This document shows, in pieces, positions 60,941 to 64,000 of a stretch of 64,000 nt of DNA. Position 1 is the first letter of the stretch. Each line of letters begins with the position of its first letter. The notes beneath the pieces are model-generated. The model saw only the letters and a list, made by a program, of their open reading frames with translations. It searched no databases and had not been told where the DNA came from. This DNA is from Yuukianura sp. NJ FZ-2021 (taxonomy: Eukaryota), in assembly GCA_046563655.1 (NCBI GenBank), contig JAJCTO010000010.1, positions 248,001-312,000 on the forward strand, in the 5' to 3' direction. A program made the position numbers and the translations under genes.

Positions 60941-63900
60941 TCAAGGTGTCGGTTTTGCATTTTTAGTGACGGAGTCGTTGATTTTTCTGACTTTGATGTC
61001 TAAATCCACTTCAAGTGGTATGCAAGCGTCGTAATACTCTTGAAAATCAAAGAGATTATCGTGTTTGTCTTTAAATGTGACAACTAACGCTTTGTCTTTA
61101 AAACCAGCTAAAGTGCGATAATTTATTCGCGTTCGATTTCTGAGATTTCTTTGATCGACTGGTTCGTTTTGTAAGTCGTTTGAATTTACACTCGGACTTT
61201 TATTTGAAGTATTTGGCTCTTCTAGAGCATTAGAACTGGTCTGTTGTCTTGCGACATAAGGTTTAATTTGAGAAACATGTCTCTTTCCAATACTTTTCTT
61301 GTCCGCTCTTTGTAAAATGTCAAATGTCACATTAGAAAGTCGTTCGCCCAATTCATAAGGGCCTTGCCATCTCGGGGCTAATTTTTCCATAAAACCAGCT
61401 TCTTTGTCAGATTGAACATGGGATTTGATTAAGACTAGATCTCCCTTTTTGAAATTGTCTTGTATTCGACTTTTGTCGTACTGGATTTTATTTTTCTCAT
61501 GAGCTTTTTGAATATTTTCTCGGACGAATTGAATTAATTCTTGTACCAATCTTGGTGTCTCTTTAAGTTCTTCAGAACTAAGTTCTGGCTCCTCCAGAGC
61601 TAAATTTCTGTCGAATGGTAATTGGATTTCTCTGCCAAGATTTAATAAGGCTGGGGACACTTTTGTAGTCTCGTTCATCACAGTTCTGAGCGCTAAGGCA
61701 AACTTTTGAATATTTTCTTCCCATTTATGGTGACTCGATTCCAAATACGCTTGAAGCATTGCTTTGATATTTCGGTTTGTTCGCTCGGAATTATTAGCCT
61801 GAGCATGATACGGACTGATGAATTTGTGTTGAATATTCCATTCAGAGCACAAGTTTTTGAGAATGTTTGAATCGAAGTACGTGGCATTATCTGAGAGAAT
61901 CCTCTTCGGAGTGCCATACCGGCAAAATATTTGATTTTCTAAAATGTCCGCAACTTTTTTCGCTGTGATTTCTGTCACAGGAAATAATTCAATCCATTTG
62001 GAAAGTTCGTCTAGAACGACAAGTAAATGTTTACTTTGTTTTCCTCCAGCACTCGTCGGCAGGGGTCCAATGAAGTCAAAATGAATTGTAGAGAAAACTG
62101 CCTTTGCTGGCTCTGCTAATTGCAGTAACCCGAATGGTTTATGATTGTTTGCTTTGGATCTTTGACAGCGATCACATGATTTGACGTAACTTGCGATTTC
62201 TTTGTTCATATTGTTCCAGTAACATCTTTGTTTGATTCTTTCAAGGGTTTTGGTTCTACCCAAGTGTCCCGCTTCTGGGGCATCATGAAAAATTTGTAGG
62301 ATCCTTTGAGTCATTTGCTTTGGAATAACTGGAACATAATAATCTTCTAGATTTTTTGCTTGTTGCTTTGTAGTGTTTTGACCTTCTAAGTCTAAATTTT
62401 CAGCTGAAGGGTCTGTTTGTACTGCGGTTTTGAAATGATTGCAATCTGGTCGTAGACAGAGGGGAATATGACAAGCAGAGTCTCGAGTCTCTGTTGTATT
62501 GGTAAGTTCTGGATCCATGCCTGGATTCGTAGTCATGCCCTTGAAGGGTTTAATTTTGATGAATAGGGTGTTTCTATCCATTTTGTAACTCTCCAAGCAC
62601 CTTGGCCGAGGTACTGAAGAATTCTGAAGGTGGTCAATAATCTTGGAAAGATTTTCATCCTTCCGTTGCTCCTGGGCGATTTCATCTATTGTCGGAGTAC
62701 AATAGACTAAGAGAAAACTCGGTAAATAGAGTGTTTCTCGGTCTTGGAACATATCGGGGTCGTCTGGACCTTCTGGGACACTAGCACGTGATAACGCGTC
62801 CGCCACCACGTTTTCGCATCCTTTGCGAAATCTGAGTTTCGCGTTCCACGATAAAATTTCCATTGCCCACTGCGTGAGTTTTGCTTTCTTGTTCTTCATA
62901 CCTTTAAGGTATCGGACCGCTCGATTATCGGTTTCTATGATGAAGGGGTGATCTTCTATGAATTCGCGGAATTTGTCGTATGCGAAAATAATAGCATAAA
63001 GCTCTTTTTCATAGATGTGTGCGCTTCTTTCCGACTGTTTCAAAGTCTTACTCACGAACATGATTGGTCTTTCTTTCCCTTCGTGTTCTTGAACAAGGGC
63101 TGCGCCTAAGCCAGTAGTTGAGGCGTCACATTGCATAATCAGGGGTTTTGAGTAGTCAAGAGTTGTTAAAGTGACTGTATCGGAAATCGCGTCCTTAAGT
63201 TGTAGGAAGGACTCTTGTTGAGGGACATCCCACTTCCATTTCTTTCCTTTTCTGAGAAGTGTGTATAAATTTTCTGCTTTGATACTGTAGTTTTTGATGA
63301 AGCTGGAATACCAGCCACACATCCCAAGGAATCGGTAGAGTTCTTTCTTGTTAGATGGAGGTGGGTAGTTGGAAATTGCGTCTTGTTTGCTGGGTTGTTT
63401 CTGAATTCCGTTTTGAGAAGCAATATGTCCTAGATATGGAACTTCATTTTTTGCAAAAATTGATTTTTCTCTTCCAATTGTAAGATTTGCTTCGCGTAGT
63501 CTCTCTAAGACGAGTTCGAGGTGTTTCATATGTTCCTCTAGATTTTTGGAGTAGATTAGGATATCGTCCATGAAAACTTTGACAAATTTGTCTACGTAAC
63601 CATGTAGTACATTTCTCATGACTGCTTGAAAAGTTTTTGGGCTGTTTTTGAGTCCCATGGGCATCACCAAAAATTCGTAATGTCCATCTTGTGTAATAAA
63701 TGCTGTCTTTTCGATACTGTCTTCGTGCATCGGAATTTGCCAGAAGCCTCCGTTGAGATCAAGAACTGTGAAGACGTAATTCATTGGTATGGTTCTGAGA
63801 ATAGAGTTGACGTTGTCCATTGGACCTGCGTTTGTCTTCATGGTATCATTTAGACGAATGTAATTGACACAAAGGCGGTAGGAGCCTGATTTTTTCTTCA

Positions 63901-64000
63901 CCATAACCACTGGAGCAGCATACGGTGAAGTGGAATGTCGAATCATTCCTTTTTGAAGTAACTTTTCGATTTCTTGATTCATAATTTCTCTCACATTTGG
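60941..64000 (-). CDS. Ty3/Gypsy LTR retrotransposon pol (RT, RNase H, integrase); runs off the right edge; 3' LTR not seen
   Basis: LDLNGGFWQI, MPMGLKNSP, FMDD, CDAS, ETDNRA, HDAPEAGHLG...CDRC, DFIGP, SDNA, SERTNR, RWQGPY. The ORF is uninterrupted for more than 1000 aa. Confidence 0.96.
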   Translation of the reverse strand, partial: PNVREIMNQEIEKLLQKGMIRHSTSPYAAPVVMVKKKSGSYRLCVNYIRLNDTMKTNAGPMDNVNSILRTIPMNYVFTVLDLNGGFWQIPMHEDSIEKTAFITQDGHYEFLVMPMGLKNSPKTFQAVMRNVLHGYVDKFVKVFMDDILIYSKNLEEHMKHLELVLERLREANLTIGREKSIFAKNEVPYLGHIASQNGIQKQPSKQDAISNYPPPSNKKELYRFLGMCGWYSSFIKNYSIKAENLYTLLRKGKKWKWDVPQQESFLQLKDAISDTVTLTTLDYSKPLIMQCDASTTGLGAALVQEHEGKERPIMFVSKTLKQSERSAHIYEKELYAIIFAYDKFREFIEDHPFIIETDNRAVRYLKGMKNKKAKLTQWAMEILSWNAKLRFRKGCENVVADALSRASVPEGPDDPDMFQDRETLYLPSFLLVYCTPTIDEIAQEQRKDENLSKIIDHLQNSSVPRPRCLESYKMDRNTLFIKIKPFKGMTTNPGMDPELTNTTETRDSACHIPLCLRPDCNHFKTAVQTDPSAENLDLEGQNTTKQQAKNLEDYYVPVIPKQMTQRILQIFHDAPEAGHLGRTKTLERIKQRCYWNNMNKEIASYVKSCDRCQRSKANNHKPFGLLQLAEPAKAVFSTIHFDFIGPLPTSAGGKQSKHLLVVLDELSKWIELFPVTEITAKKVADILENQIFCRYGTPKRILSDNATYFDSNILKNLCSEWNIQHKFISPYHAQANNSERTNRNIKAMLQAYLESSHHKWEENIQKFALALRTVMNETTKVSPALLNLGREIQLPFDRNLALEEPELSSEELKETPRLVQELIQFVRENIQKAHEKNKIQYDKSRIQDNFKKGDLVLIKSHVQSDKEAGFMEKLAPRWQGPYELGERLSNVTFDILQRADKKSIGKRHVSQIKPYVARQQTSSNALEEPNTSNKSPSVNSNDLQNEPVDQRNLRNRTRINYRTLAGFKDKALVVTFKDKHDNLFDFQEYYDACIPLEVDLDIKVRKINDSVTKNAKPTP

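Overview
Eukaryotic genomic DNA, probably from an invertebrate or arthropod (introns of 56-85 nt, an IAP gene, tRNA-derived SINEs). 1-22314 is a homogeneous satellite of 184-bp and 172-bp monomers with higher-order structure. 22315-~60900 is a decayed Polinton/Maverick (adintovirus-like) endogenous virus region. Module 1 carries adenain protease, major capsid, basic core protein, penton, a pX-like protein, rve integrase, packaging ATPase and protein-primed PolB. Without any visible terminal repeat it runs into accessory genes, a second and highly divergent PolB, a PIF1 helicase, a second adenain/major capsid/core set and a BIR-RING IAP. Several of these genes, including the second capsid gene, the second PolB and the helicase, contain short spliceosomal introns. 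Younger insertions interrupt the region: an ORF1-only LINE in the penton, a Helentron-type HINE in an intron, a solo LTR in PolB2, a 5'-deleted Bel/Pao element, three tRNA-derived SINEs and a ~1-kb DNA element. The window ends in an open Ty3/Gypsy pol. All homology calls come from motif recognition by eye; no database search was run.
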